A stretch of 63,151 bases of DNA, the filler included, from Reclinomonas americana ATCC 50394 (lineage: Eukaryota): the NCBI GenBank assembly GCA_048213135.1. It is 6 parts of 2 records of this genome, joined end to end, with 100 filler letters (N's around TTAATTAATTAA, not from the genome) between each part and the next. Parts side by side here need not be neighbours in the genome. Positions count along the whole stretch, not along the records: positions 31,769 to 43,622 come from PS015027.1; positions 43,723 to 53,790 come from PS015027.1; 4 more parts are not named here. One strand, written 5' to 3'. Positions 40,889 to 53,126 of the stretch are shown piece by piece. Each line of letters begins with the position of its first letter. Position 1 is the first letter of the stretch. A program made the translations under genes and the position numbers. The notes under the pieces are model-generated. The model was not told where the DNA came from, searched no databases, and saw only the letters and a program-made list of their open reading frames with translations.

Positions 40889-43622
40889 NNNNNNNNNNNN
40901 NNNNNNNNNNNNNNNNNNNNNNNNNNNNNNNNNNNNNNNNNNNNNNNNNNNNNNNNNNNNNNNNNNNNNNNNNNNNNNNNNNNNNNNNNNNNNNNNNNNN
41001 NNNNNNNNNNNNNNNNNNNNNNNNNNNNNNNNNNNNNNNNNNNNNNNNNNNNNNNNNNNNNNNNNNNNNNNNNNNNNNNNNNNNNNNNNNNNNNNNNNNN
41101 NNNNNNNNNNNNNNNNNNNNNNNNNNNNNNNNNNNNNNNNNNNNNNNNNNNNNNNNNNNNNNNNNNNNNNNNNNNNNNNNNNNNNNNNNNNNNNNNNNNN
41201 NNNNNNNNNNNNNNNNNNNNNNNNNNNNNNNNNNNNNNNNNNNNNNNNNNNNNNNNNNNNNNNNNNNNNNNNNNNNNNNNNNNNNNNNNNNNNNNNNNNN
41301 NNNNNNNNNNNNNNNNNNNNNNNNNNNNNNNNNNNNNNNNNNNNNNNNNNNNNNNNNNNNNNNNNNNNNNNNNNNNNNNNNNNNNNNNNNNNNNNNNNNN
41401 NNNNNNNNNNNNNNNNNNNNNNNNNNNNNNNNNNNNNNNNNNNNNNNNNNNNNNNNNNNNNNNNNNNNNNNNNNNNNNNNNNNNNNNNNNNNNNNNNNNN
41501 NNNNNNNNNNNNNNNNNNNNNNNNNNNNNNNNNNNNNNNNNNNNNNNNNNNNNNNNNNNNNNNNNNNNNNNNNNNNNNNNNNNNNNNNNNNNNNNNNNNN
41601 NNNNNNNNNNNNNNNNNNNNNNNNNNNNNNNNNNNNNNNNNNNNNNNNNNNNNNNNNNNNNNNNNNNNNNNNNNNNNNNNNNNNNNNNNNNNNNNNNNNN
41701 NNNNNNNNNNNNNNNNNNNNNNNNNNNNNNNNNNNNNNNNNNNNNNNNNNNNNNNNNNNNNNNNNNNNNNNNNNNNNNNNNNNNNNNNNNNNNNNNNNNN
41801 NNNCACAATACTCATTCAGTCCGCCAAGCATCGTGCACACACAATCGCGACGGTCACGCAACATTTTCTTCTCGACTGCATTGACTTTGAACGGACCAAA
41901 GTTTGTCGCCTTGACGGCCACTCCACCTCGCAGAGGCTCAAACACCACGGAGAGCTCTCGCGGCTGCGCTTGCGCCTGCAACACTTCGGCGGTGGCGGTA
42001 GACAACGTGCGCAAGCTACGAATGTCCTCGCATTCGACCAGCATCACAACTGCGGAACGAGGTAAGACACAGTGTGACCATCATCAACACAGGTACAGCA
42101 ACAACAATGAGTCGCAACGCTGCGATTCCTCGTCGACATCCATCGTATCTTCGCGGCCTCGGTCGACAAAGCCGGCAATCATGAAAAACTTCTTGTCGGC
42201 CTCCAGCCAGATAAAGTCCTTGAGCGCAAACCTCGTGCCGTAGATCATCGCCCCAGCATACATCATGTCGAGGCCGTGCACTTTGCGATGAGCCAGGTCG
42301 AACTTGACCTGTCGTGCATCGCAACGCAACGTGTGTGAGCACAAACTCCAATACATGTGACATGGCGGCGGAGGAGCAGACGGAGCGCAACATCCTGATC
42401 GAGTCTGCGAGACACGCGACCGATCCAGTCGGCGATGCGTGCAGTGAGGTCCTTTGGAGCGATCTTCTCGCTCTCCACACGCCCACTGCGAATCGTCACG
42501 CCGCTGATTTTGGCGTGCTTGGTCAGGCGCACTTCACAGCCCTTGAACTTTGCATCGTGCAATGCCATGTTGAATGGATGCAGCGGCTCGAGAACATTTT
42601 TGTTCTGCTGCGGAGCAAAGTTCTCGTCCTGCACACCACGACACGTGAGAGAGAGTGAGAGAGAGAGAGAAAGCATCAACGATGCGCTCACCAAAAAGAG
42701 AGTTCCACGAATGCGGCTGTAGATGCGGTGCGAGAAGGCACGGACCGGAAACGCCCAGGGGAAGTTGCGCGAGCACTTCTCGCCGGGCAGCAGCCGGCCC
42801 ATCCAGCGCACATCGAAGCCCGAGAGGTAGTCGCCGGTGATTGGATCCACTGGCATGGTCTCCACGCCAGCGCGTGCGGGGAAGTAGCGCAAAACGACCT
42901 GCGTGCATATCGGTTAATATGCAAGGGCGCGTTTGACGCACATCCGCACCACATCACANNNNNNNNNNNNNNNNNNNNNNNNNNNNNNNNNNNNNNNNNN
43001 NNNNNNNNNNNNNNNNNNNNNNNNNNNNNNNNNNNNNNNNNNNNNNNNNNNNNNNNNNNNNNNNNNNNNNNNNNNNNNNNNNNNNNNNNNNNNNNNNNNN
43101 NNNNNNNNNNNNNNNNNNNNNNNNNNNNNNNNNNNNNNNNNNNNNNNNNNNNNNNNNNNNNNNNNNNNNNNNNNNNNTTTTTGTTGCTGCTCAACTGATT
43201 GTTGCTGTCTTCTGCAGAGGAGGAAGTCGGCGGTGACGACAATGCTGCGGGGTCATCTGCTGCACCCTCTGCCGATTCGAGTCCACCTGCACGCTCACGC
43301 AAGTCGCGCAAAGGCCGGCGCAAGTCGGTAGATGCCGTCCGTTTGGACAAGCTGCCCAAGTACATTCTAGTTGCGCCGCAGAGCTTGCATCCGCTCACGC
43401 CCCCTTCCCGACCAACTCTCATGTATCCTTTATGCAGCGCGACCAACAACGAATGACCATGCTTGTCAACGGTGTCGATGTGAACACCTTGGACCAGGAC
43501 TCTCCGTTCTTCGACACCCTTCTCAGCCAGGAAGCCGCCGCCGTCAAGTGCTTCCGCCTTACACTTCGTGTGCCGAGCAATGCCGAGCGAAGTGCCAGCG
43601 GCAGCCATGATCCGCGTTGGGT
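34006..43622 (-). CDS. SMCHD1: SMCHD1/GMI1-like protein (GHKL transducer region, Ig-like middle, coiled coil, SMC hinge); N-terminal ATPase is missing in the gap
   Basis: LRYFP...ETMP...FDVRWMGRLLP...FPW...YSRIRGTLFL|DENF..QQNK...W...LDQD|VKF. D[KE]FGN motifs in the middle. Hinge-like LDSRVGWVISSHIG...FAVNHL...VMFNLISGLLLWD. Segment 43178-43622 is on an inverted contig. Confidence 0.8.
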
Positions 43623-43723
43623 NNNNNNNNNNNNNNNNNNNNNNNNNNNNNNNNNNNNNNNNNNNNTTAATTAATTAANNNNNNNNNNNNNNNNNNNNNN
43701 NNNNNNNNNNNNNNNNNNNNNNT

Positions 43724-43885
43724 TGGCTGGCCATTGCGTTGACGCCCGACGAGTCCGCCTCGCTCGAGCTGGAGGAGCACCTCTTCTGCACGGGCTCCTG
43801 CTCCAAGACCATGACCGCCAAGACCGAGTGCTGCTGCCACTGCTCCTGCTGCAATCGCTGTTACGGCACAGAGTGTGTGGTGTGA
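43724..43885 (+). CDS. 3' fragment of an unknown gene with a Cys-rich tail (HLFCTGSCSKTMTAKTECCCHCSCCNRCYGTECVV*)
   Basis: Open frame emerging from the gap with strongly C/G-ending codons; not in the ORF track. Confidence 0.5.
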   Translation, partial: WLAIALTPDESASLELEEHLFCTGSCSKTMTAKTECCCHCSCCNRCYGTECVV

Positions 43886-44020
43886 AACAATGAAGAGGAA
43901 TGATCCACAGCTGCGATGATTGGTCCATGATCCTCGTGCTGGCGATGCTTCTCCGCCTCGCCATCTAAGGCCTGGCCTTCCTTTCTCCTCTCCCCCTCCC
44001 TCATCCTCATCGACCAACCA

Positions 44021-44850
44021 TCATCGCTTCATGTACCCTGCATCGTGTTGCGAGAGTGAAACATCGGTGGCGAACGGCGCCTTGTGCGAGGCCGGCACTC
44101 GCGCCGCGGACGACACACTCAGCGCGCGAGTCTTCTGCACGGCCTCGTAGTTGGCCATTGACGAGCGACGGCCATCGGCGGCCGCCGACACCTGCCCAGT
44201 GAGAATATTGTACGACGACTCGAGGCGCGAGGGACGCTGTGGGGAGCGATCGTCGGATCGCCGGGCCTTGGAGACACCGGGCACATACGACTCGTACACC
44301 GGCATCATGTGCGTCGGCACTGGGCGATCACCGCCCGTCACCGGATTGAATCGCGGGCCTTGACCCTTGTACGTCGGCTGCTGCGTGGCTCGTCTCTGCA
44401 GCACCTCTGGACTGGCGTGCGTGGTCTGTGGCGCACCAGCGTGATGAGCAGCAGCACTACCTCCACCCAGTCAAAAACAGGAGCGATCAACGCACAGCCG
44501 AGGTGGTCTCCAATCGCGTCTGTGCATCGTACTCAATGTGCAAGTTGGATTGCGTGCCGCGACCCTTGGTGTGCACTCGCGTCGCTCCACCGCCCACCAG
44601 CCTGCTGGCATTGAACCTACACACACACACACACAGGGCATGAGGTCACCGCCCTCTCTCCCTCACACATACACATGATTGATTGAGATAACTGCTCTGC
44701 GGCCTCGCTCTTGCCCGACAAGGTGGCGGCCTTGGTGGGACTGAAGACCACCTGCGACGCATTGCGGACGGGCGGTCGTGGTCTCTCGTACTTGGCAGTG
44801 GCCGCCAAGCGACTGCGCTGAGGTGGTTCGGGGAGGCCGTCGTCGTCCAT
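44021..44850 (-). CDS. Hypothetical basic disordered protein
   Basis: About 3 exons from MDDDGLPEPP to AGYMKR*, with short motifs FNPVTG, YNILTG and APFATD. Confidence 0.55.
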
Positions 44851-44882
44851 CGCTCACTCAAAATAAACAACGGCCAACTTTT

Positions 44883-46025
44883 TCACTGCTCAGGCATGAC
44901 AACTTCGAGGGGCAACAATGGCACCGCAAGGTCGGCCACATCGTTCCACGTCTTGCTCATGACGAGGCGGATGCGACTGGCCACGTCGAGTCGTCCCCAC
45001 TCGTCGTTGCCGAGGTTGGTGGCGCGCGTACGCGATCGCAAGGCGGTCAACGGCGGAACGTCGTCATCGTCTGTTGCAGCTGCAGCTGCAGCTGCGGCGG
45101 CCACGGCAGCGGGAGGAAGCTCCATCTCGAAGCGCTCGCGCTTGAGCAGGGTGCCGAATAGCAGGTGCGGCGGCTGCTCGGCCAGCGTGACGCCGTGCAG
45201 CTCGCGCAAGGCCTTGATCACGCCACCGAGCGACATGCCGTGCAGCTGTCGCTGCGACATGAGAGTGTGCGCCAGCGCATTGACACCGTTGCGGAAGCAG
45301 TCGTGCTCGCGTCGCCAGGCCACCGCCAGGTACGCCTCCTCCTCCGAGTCGACGCCAAAGGCACGCCCGTCGAAATGCGCCCAGCCGACCTTGCTGTCGT
45401 AAAATGCGCGTTCCTCGTCGGTGGTGGGCGCGCCGAGCGCCAGCGCCAGGTGGTGGTTGAAGCGGGCGCTGGCAAAGCCGGCCATCACCGAGGAGATCTT
45501 TTGCGGGCGACCGCGGAACATGTGCGTGTTGGGCGGAGCAGAGGCGCTGGAGGCGGGCACGGGGGGCGCAAAGACGAGCGTGATCTCGTCGCTCTGTGTG
45601 TACACGGTGGTCGGCGAGAACTTGCTCAGCAGGTCGGCGGCCGTGTTGAACATGGTCGTCTGCAGGCGCTTGTCGCACGGCTTGCGGAAGCCGCGTGTGA
45701 ACACGCTGAAGCAATGCCCGTCCAGTCTGTGTGCATTTGCATGTCACTCAACTGTGACATGACAATCGAGGCAGCGCACGTACCGCACAACGTAGGGTCG
45801 TGTGGAGTCGAGCGGAGTGCCCTCGCTGCTGGCCTCGAGGGCCTTGATCTGCACGCCACAAATGTGAGTGAATGAGTGGGAGCAGGGAGATGTTTGTCAA
45901 GCTCATACATGATTGCCAACAGCCTCGGCATCGCGCATCGGCAACAGCGAGGCCACTGCAGAGACGGGACCGCTTGCATCGACAGCACTACCGCTGCCAC
46001 TGGCGACCGACGACCCTTCGCTCAT
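44883..46025 (-). CDS. Thg1-like protein (TLP), 3'-5' RNA polymerase / tRNA-His guanylyltransferase family
   Basis: VGNH|IKALE...PYVVR|LDGHCFSVFTRGFRKPCD, YTQSDEITLVF, FRGRPQKISS, FDGRAF and WRREHDCFRNGV motifs. Confidence 0.92.
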
Positions 46026-46100
46026 CGAAACAAGAACAAAAGCAAAACAAGACTGCAGCAACAGGACAGCTGCGGGAAGGGGTGGGAGGGGTGGGAGTAT

Positions 46101-47352
46101 TCACTTGCTCATATCTTCTCCGCTTTTCCGCCGCCCACAGGCCTCGCACGTCCACTCACACGGCTCGTCGGCGCTTGACGGCTCACCAGCAATGACGTGG
46201 CTGGGCACAAAGCGGCCGCAACATCCGTCGACGAGACACAACTGTGATGCAAGCATCGCGTTTGCACCGCTCACGTCGCGCCCACTCGTCTCCAACTGGC
46301 ACCTCGGGCACGCGCACTCGAAGAAGAACCACCGACTCAGCAGCTCGCGCCGCGCAGCGCCAGCATCGTCGTCGGTGCTCGGCGCCAGGCCGACGTATGA
46401 AATGCAGGCCTCCTCGCCACGCCTCAGTGGGGCGGTCGCGTAGAATACCAGCTCGGCGTTCAGGTAGTAGTGGCCCACGTTTGGGCAGCTGCACGTGTCA
46501 TGAGCGTCACAAAGCACACCACACCAAGCGCGAAGCAGCAGCACCCACCATGCATGGTTGAAATAGACGCCCTCCGGAACCATAGCCGTGGCGTACGACT
46601 GCCGCGGCACGCGGTGACCCTCGTGCGTGAACGTGTAGAAGCCAAACGAGTTGCACTCCTCACGGCAGATGAGCTCCATGAGCTCCCCGTCGTCCAGCGC
46701 ATCACCGCCCACCAGCGCAACATCGGAAAATCTTCGCAGCACCGGCAACATGACCGTGCTCAGCTCGTGCCGCCGCTCCACCGTAAACTTGTCACTATTC
46801 GACACCAGCTGCGCCACCGTACGCTCAAACTCATCGCGATCGCCATGCCGACGCGTCAACACTCGCATCAGCAATCGCGTAAACTCAGTCTCATCGGCAC
46901 ACAACGTCTGCTCATCCGGCATCGCCTGCAGCCACTGCGCAACGAACTCGCATTCCACACCATGAAACGCCTCCCAGTCAGCCTGTGCACACTCATCGCT
47001 GCAGTACACCACGTTGCCGCATGCTGCTCTGGACACAATCACTCGACATCGCCCAACAAGAAATCGAACACACCAACAAGTGGCGACAGACCTTGTCGAC
47101 ACGGCACTGGCGATGCACCACCGCCCTGCAAGTGACTCAAGCAGTGCGCACACACACGCGATGCACGCAGACGCGCATCGACCACTGCTGCGTACGGTCG
47201 TGGACAACGCAAAAGCACTTGCCCAGGACGCACATCGCTCTACGCGCGCACACACGAGTCAGCAAGGAAAGTATGACAGCAAACACTGCACACACACTCA
47301 CCGTGGCAACATAGGAGCGACCACGATCAGGCAGCGACTCGATCGCCAACAT
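46101..47352 (-). CDS. SET and MYND domain lysine methyltransferase (SMYD family)
   Basis: DRGRSYVAT; CAHC...VVYCSDECAQADW..FH..EC; NSFG; YFNHA|CCPN; GEEACISY; FFFECACPRC. Confidence 0.92.
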
Positions 47353-47457
47353 GTTTGTAATCGCGAGCAACGAAGCAGCTCTCTTCTTTGTTCTCTCCTG
47401 TCTCTTACTCACGCGCGAGGCTGTCCTCGGTCGCTCCTCCCACCGGCCCTTGCTGTG

Positions 47458-48787
47458 ATGCGGGCCTCACCATCGGAGGACGAGGGAGGAGGAGGAGGAA
47501 ACGAGTCTCCTCCTCCATTAGTCGCGCCTCCTCCTCTTGTGGATCTTCATCATCCTCATGAACGTGACGAGGAGGCACCACTCATTGTCGACGGTGTGCC
47601 TGTGAGCAGCGCAGTGGAGCTGGAAAGCGTTGCGTGTGATGAGCCAGGCGAGAGAGACAGAGAGAGCGATGTCGTCGTGTCTGAAATACTCTCTGTTCGT
47701 GTAGCTGGTCGGTGAGGAGCTGGAGAATGAGATTCTTGGCATGTGCGTTGCTGTGCCGGGTCGCCCGGGCGTGTACGCGTTCAGTCTGGCTGGTACGCAC
47801 GTTGGGGGATCGCCTACACAGTATACTGTATGTCTCCTCTGTGCTGATCGTCATTGGTGTAGATGCTGGTGCTGGCGACGATGAGTTTGCGTTTGTGATG
47901 CAGGTTCTGATCAAGCATCGTGTGGCGTTGCAGGAGTTTGCCATGCCTCGTTGCGTTGTTTTTACAGTGAGTCAGTTCACGCGCAGCGTTGATTGTTGAC
48001 GGTTTTTGTCAACACAGGCAACGCGCTGACCGATGTCTGTGTTGAGATGCTGGCGGAGGCCGTGAATGGTGGCGGCATATGTGTGGAGTATGTGAATTTG
48101 GCGAGTTGAGTGGTGGCGATGGTCCGTGCTGTGCGCTGGCCTGGTGCTTCCTTAATTGTTCGAGTGCAGATAATCGGATTACGGATGGTGGGTTCGAGAA
48201 GCTGTTGGAGATCTGCAAGCAGCATGGTTTCCCACAGATGCTCGACATGGGTGGTGAGTTGTGCGTGGTGGGCAAGGGGGAGACGGGTCGTGACTGAGAA
48301 CGTGAATCGCGCGACGCATAGGCAATAGTATTTCCGATCGGTCGACGCTCTCGCTCAGTCGCGCGCTGCCCAACACCAAGCTGCAGTACCTGTGTCTGGC
48401 TGGTTTGGCGCACCCGTCCGTGTTTCCATTCGTGATTGCCGATGCTTACCGCAGTGTATGCGTGCTGCAGGATGTGCCTTTGGTGAAGTTGGCGCTGCGC
48501 TTCTCGGTGATGCGCTGTCGGGCTCCAGCACGCTGACGGAGCTGGACATGACTGGTGGGTGGGGGATGGGGGAAAGGGGCGAAGGGGGGAAGGGGGGAGG
48601 GAGAAGGGTGACAGGAGGAAGAGGGAGGGGGAGGAAGGAGAGAGACAAGAAAGCGTCGAAATGAGGCAAGAAGAGAACGCACATACGGGAGAGACAGGGA
48701 AAGGGAGAGAGGAAGGCAGAGGACAGGAACAAGTGCCAGAGAGAGCAAGCAAGCGTCGGAGGGAGGTAAGAATGCTATGACACGAAA

Positions 48788-48840
<53 letters not shown>

Positions 48841-48860
48841 NNNNNNNNNNNNNNNNNNNN

Positions 48861-48896
<36 letters not shown>

Positions 48897-51800
48897 AGGA
48901 AGACAGTCCCAGAGAGAACCAGCACGCGTCGGAGGGTGTACAGAAGGAGAGATAAAGAGAAGAATGTGGCAAAGAGAACGAAGTAAGTGCCGAGAGAACA
49001 AAGAAGCGTTGAAGGGAAGCAAAAAGGGGGAAGGGATAACAACGAGAGTAGAGAGGGGGAGGAGACAATCAAGGACTACTGTGGAGAGAGTTAACGAGAG
49101 AGTGGAATGGAGGGGCAGAGGAATACGTGATAGAGAGGCAAGCAAGCGTCAAAAGGAGGCAAGAAGGGGAAGACACAACAACGAGAGGGAGAGGGAGGAG
49201 ACAGTGACAGAGTGCAAGCGTCGGGGGGAGGTAACAGCGAGAAAACTGCAACAGAGAGAGAGAGAGAGAGGAAGACAGTGACAGAGGCAAGCAAGCGTCG
49301 GAGAAGGCAGGAATGCAAAGGCGCAACAGTGCGCGCGAGAGAGAGGAAGAAGGAGTGACTGGAGTAATGAGTAAGCGACGCAAGATCAGGAAGGCACAAC
49401 AGCGACACAGAGAGAGGAAGATGTAGGTGACAGTGACAGGTAGACAAGCAAGCGACGCAAGAAGAAGGAAACACAACAGCGAGAGAACAGAATAGGGCGT
49501 AGGACACTTGCATCCTCTCAACACAAGTAGTTCACGATTGCCATGAGAAGGTCGAAGTGTTGGTTTAACTCGTGTCCTCACGCCACACGTGATTGATGTG
49601 ACACAGGTGCTCTTCGTGATGGAGCCACTGCGGCCGTGCTGCTGCGTTCGCTGTCGACCAACACCTCACTCACATCCCTCCACTTGTCTGGTTTGTTTGT
49701 CACGCACACGCACCCTCGCTCGCTGTCCGTGTCTCACGCTTTTGGTGTCTGATCTCTGCCCGTAGATAACCCACTTGGCGTGAGTGGTTCAGATGCGCTG
49801 GCCGCCCTGCTCGACAACACGGCGACACTTGGGTGGCTAGACATTCAGTGTTGCGTTCTGCTTGCTTTGTCGCCAACGCTGCCGTGGCACACACGATGCT
49901 AATGGTTTCGACACGCTTCTATCACCAGCTTGCAGCATTCCGATCGCGCGTGCGCCGCACGTGGCCCGCTCCCTGCTGGACAACAAGACGCTAATGCACG
50001 TCAACTACGACTCGAACACCGCTCTGACGGTGTCACTCTCGAAAGACAAGTTTGCCAAGCACTTGCGACGCAACATTCGACGCCGTCGGCAAGGTCGGTG
50101 GCCTTCATTCTGTTGTACATTCCCGTCCCCCTTATTTCTCACGCCTCCACTGCCGCTGCAGAGTTGGCACGCGCCGCCGGTGGTTCTGTGGAGAACGCCA
50201 TTGTGTCGGATCGCAGTGGTGGCTCGGGCACCGGCTCCGCCGAACTGGCCTCACTCATTCTTCCACCCTGGTCACAAGAGGGACTGGAGAGCGGTGATGG
50301 CACCGGCGCCGACACGGAAGCACTCACTGTCATGTCGCAAAACGAGGCACCGTCTCTGATCGGCAGCTGCTCGTCCATTCCGAGTCCTCTCGAGCTTACA
50401 CCGCGTGACGCGACTGACTCCGTGCCGTCGGCGTGGGATGCGATCGACGAACCCGTGGTTGACGAACCGAGTTTTCCACCCACTGCAATGTCTGTGGGGG
50501 CATCGCCACGCGACCACGACGATGTTGGTGCAGTCGAACCCGTCATCGGAGATGGTACGTGCACAATGGTCGGTATCCAGTGACCAATAACTGACGAGGT
50601 TGCGTCCGTGTGCAGAAGATGTGCGTCCACTGCTCAGACCACTGTCACCGACGACGGATGACAACGTGCCATGCAATGCCACTGCTGCTTCGCTGCCGGT
50701 CAGTCCACGCTGGATGTCAGCTGTTGATGGTTCGGTAACCCATGCTATCCGACGTGACACCATGCCTCGTGTCACTCATTCGCGACTTGCAGAGCCCGAG
50801 GGCATGGAAATCGTTGATGTGCATCTGCGGCCGTGGTCGGAGCCAAGTGACGCAGGCGGCTTCGACCATCCCACAGTGGCACCGTCGGCGCACTCGCATT
50901 CTCCGCGGTCGGATATGTTTACGGAGCACGATGACGCTGCTCCCATTGATATCGCTCTGCAATTGCATCACGTGGACGACAAGGCTGCTGAGGAAGTACA
51001 TCAGGTCGCGGCAGTTGTTGATGAGCCGCAAGGTGCGCCGCCACTGGAGACAGTCGCCGCAGTGCCTCCCGTGGAAGAGGTGGAGGACGAGTACGCCGCG
51101 GATGCGGACTTTGTGAAAGAGGAGGAGGAGGAGGGCGAGGGTGAGGGTGAGGTGGAGATCGATGAGTACGCCGATGATGACTGGTGCGATGAGGATGAAA
51201 TGGTGTTGCCGGCTGCCGACGGTGTGTGCTCTGTTGCATCTCGTTGCGTGTGTCATCTGTTTGTCTAACCCGGTGATCTGATGGACACGCAGCGGTCGCA
51301 CTCTCTCTCGATAATGGACCCGAGCCGCAGCCACTCGCATCGCCGCTTCCGGCCAACAGCTCGAAGCAGGTCCACAGAAGGCGCGCAGTCATGGACGCGG
51401 CGCCGGCGAGTCCGCGGGGCGTCGAAGTGCAGCCACCGTCGCTGCCTCTGCCGCCGTCTTTGGTATTCACCACAGGTATGTGTTTGTAACGGAGAGAGGG
51501 AGAGAAGGCGGGATAGGACCAGGAAGAGACAAGATGAATCGAGAGGAGTGCGTTGGTCACGATATGCTCACCCCTGCAAACGCAACCAGCGACTGCTGCC
51601 GCTCCTGCTCCCGGCACGACTGGCGCCACCGTTCCTGGTCAGTTGATTATGTGGTCTTTGTGGCCGGCAGCAGTCACCCTTGCTCACTCCATGACTCTTC
51701 TAGTTGTGCTGAGCAACCGAGGGCACGTGGCGTCCTCATTTGTCGATGCTGTGCGCGGCTCCGCTTCCTTGATTGATCCCGCAATCGCCAGTGGCGACAG

Positions 51801-51971
51801 TGGCCCAACTGTCTTTGTGCCGGCCTCAGGAGTCAGACCACTACTTGTACCCCCCCTCGACCTGGAGCAGCCCGTTGCAGTCGATGTGCATCGCGACCTC
51901 GCGACTCCGGCCGTGTCGCGAAAGCGAGCACCTCGCCCGCTATCGCCTCCACGTTCGCCGCGACTCGCAGT
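47458..51971 (+). CDS. RNI-like leucine-rich-repeat protein with long acidic/Pro-rich C-terminus (3' end in or beyond a gap)
   Basis: Repeats NALTDVCVEMLAEA, NNRITDGGFEKL, GNSISDRS..LQYLCLA, LTELDMT, NTSLTSLHLS|DNPLGVSGSDALA. Confidence 0.8.
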
Positions 51972-53126
51972 NNNNNNNNNNNNNNNNNNNNNNNNNNNNN
52001 NNNNNNNNNNNNNNNNNNNNNNNNNNNNNNNNNNNNNNNNNNNNNNNNNNNNNNNNNNNNNNNNNNNNNNNNNNNNNNNNNNNNNNNNNNNNNNNNNNNN
52101 NNNNNNNNNNNNNNNNNNNNNNNNNNNNNNNNNNNNNNNNNNNNNNNNNNNNNNNNNNNNNNNNNNNNNNNNNNNNNNNNNNNNNNNNNNNNNNNNNNNN
52201 NNNNNNNNNNNNNNNNNNNNNNNNNNNNNNNNNNNNNNNNNNNNNNNNNNNNNNNNNNNNNNNNNNNNNNNNNNNNNNNNNNNNNNNNNNNNNNNNNNNN
52301 NNNNNNNNNNNNNNNNNNNNNNNNNNNNNNNNNNNNNNNNNNNNNNNNNNNNNNNNNNNNNNNNNNNNNNNNNNNNNNNNNNNNNNNNNNNNNNNNNNNN
52401 NNNNNNNNNNNNNNNNNNNNNNNNNNNNNNNNNNNNNNNNNNNNNNNNNNNNNNNNNNNNNNNNNNNNNNNNNNNNNNNNNNNNNNNNNNNNNNNNNNNN
52501 NNNNNNNNNNNNNNNNNNNNNNNNNNNNNNNNNNNNNNNNNNNNNNNNNNNNNNNNNNNNNNNNNNNNNNNNNNNNNNNNNNNNNNNNNNATCGATCCAA
52601 CACTGGCAATGTGCATGCATATGTGTTGCGGTACGCATGCCCAAAATGCAAGAAAATTGGCAATCACGACCCGGCAGCGTGGGAATCTTCAGTCGACCGA
52701 CCCTGGGGGAAGCGGTGTGTGCTGCAGGCGGCGTTGGTTCTCACGTGCAGTGCACATGTGCGCACTTGTGCTTTTTAATTCTTGTTTGCGTATGCTCGAC
52801 GAACATGGTGGCTGTCGCTTGTGCGCGCAGGTAGTTGCGCTGCGCCTGGACACACTTGCGTGTCCGTACAGCATGCAGCCACGTCCCAGGCGGTACACAG
52901 CACATCATGTACTGCGCCGATGGGAAAGGAGCACTGAATTACAATGCCAATGCGTTAATCGAACTCCAAAGCCACAGATCCGACTCTCCCATCACCACGG
53001 CCCCTCCTCTGCAATCGTGCGCCAGCGATGCACTCGCGCGCGCGCGCTGAGCACACCTACACAGTGTGATTACCTCCATTTTTCATTCAAGCACCTCCCG
53101 GCACCGCGCGCAACAAAAAATCGAGA

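Noticed and set aside
32123-47352. Chromatin gene cluster (SLBP, SMCHD1-like, SMYD)
   Set aside because: Unrelated genes and a gap of unknown size intervene; adjacency alone is not evidence of a functional cluster.
48556-49606. GA-rich kilobase with recurring GCAAGCAAGCGTC motifs and long ORFs
   Set aside because: It is a low-complexity intron of the LRR gene, and the ORFs are compositional artefacts.
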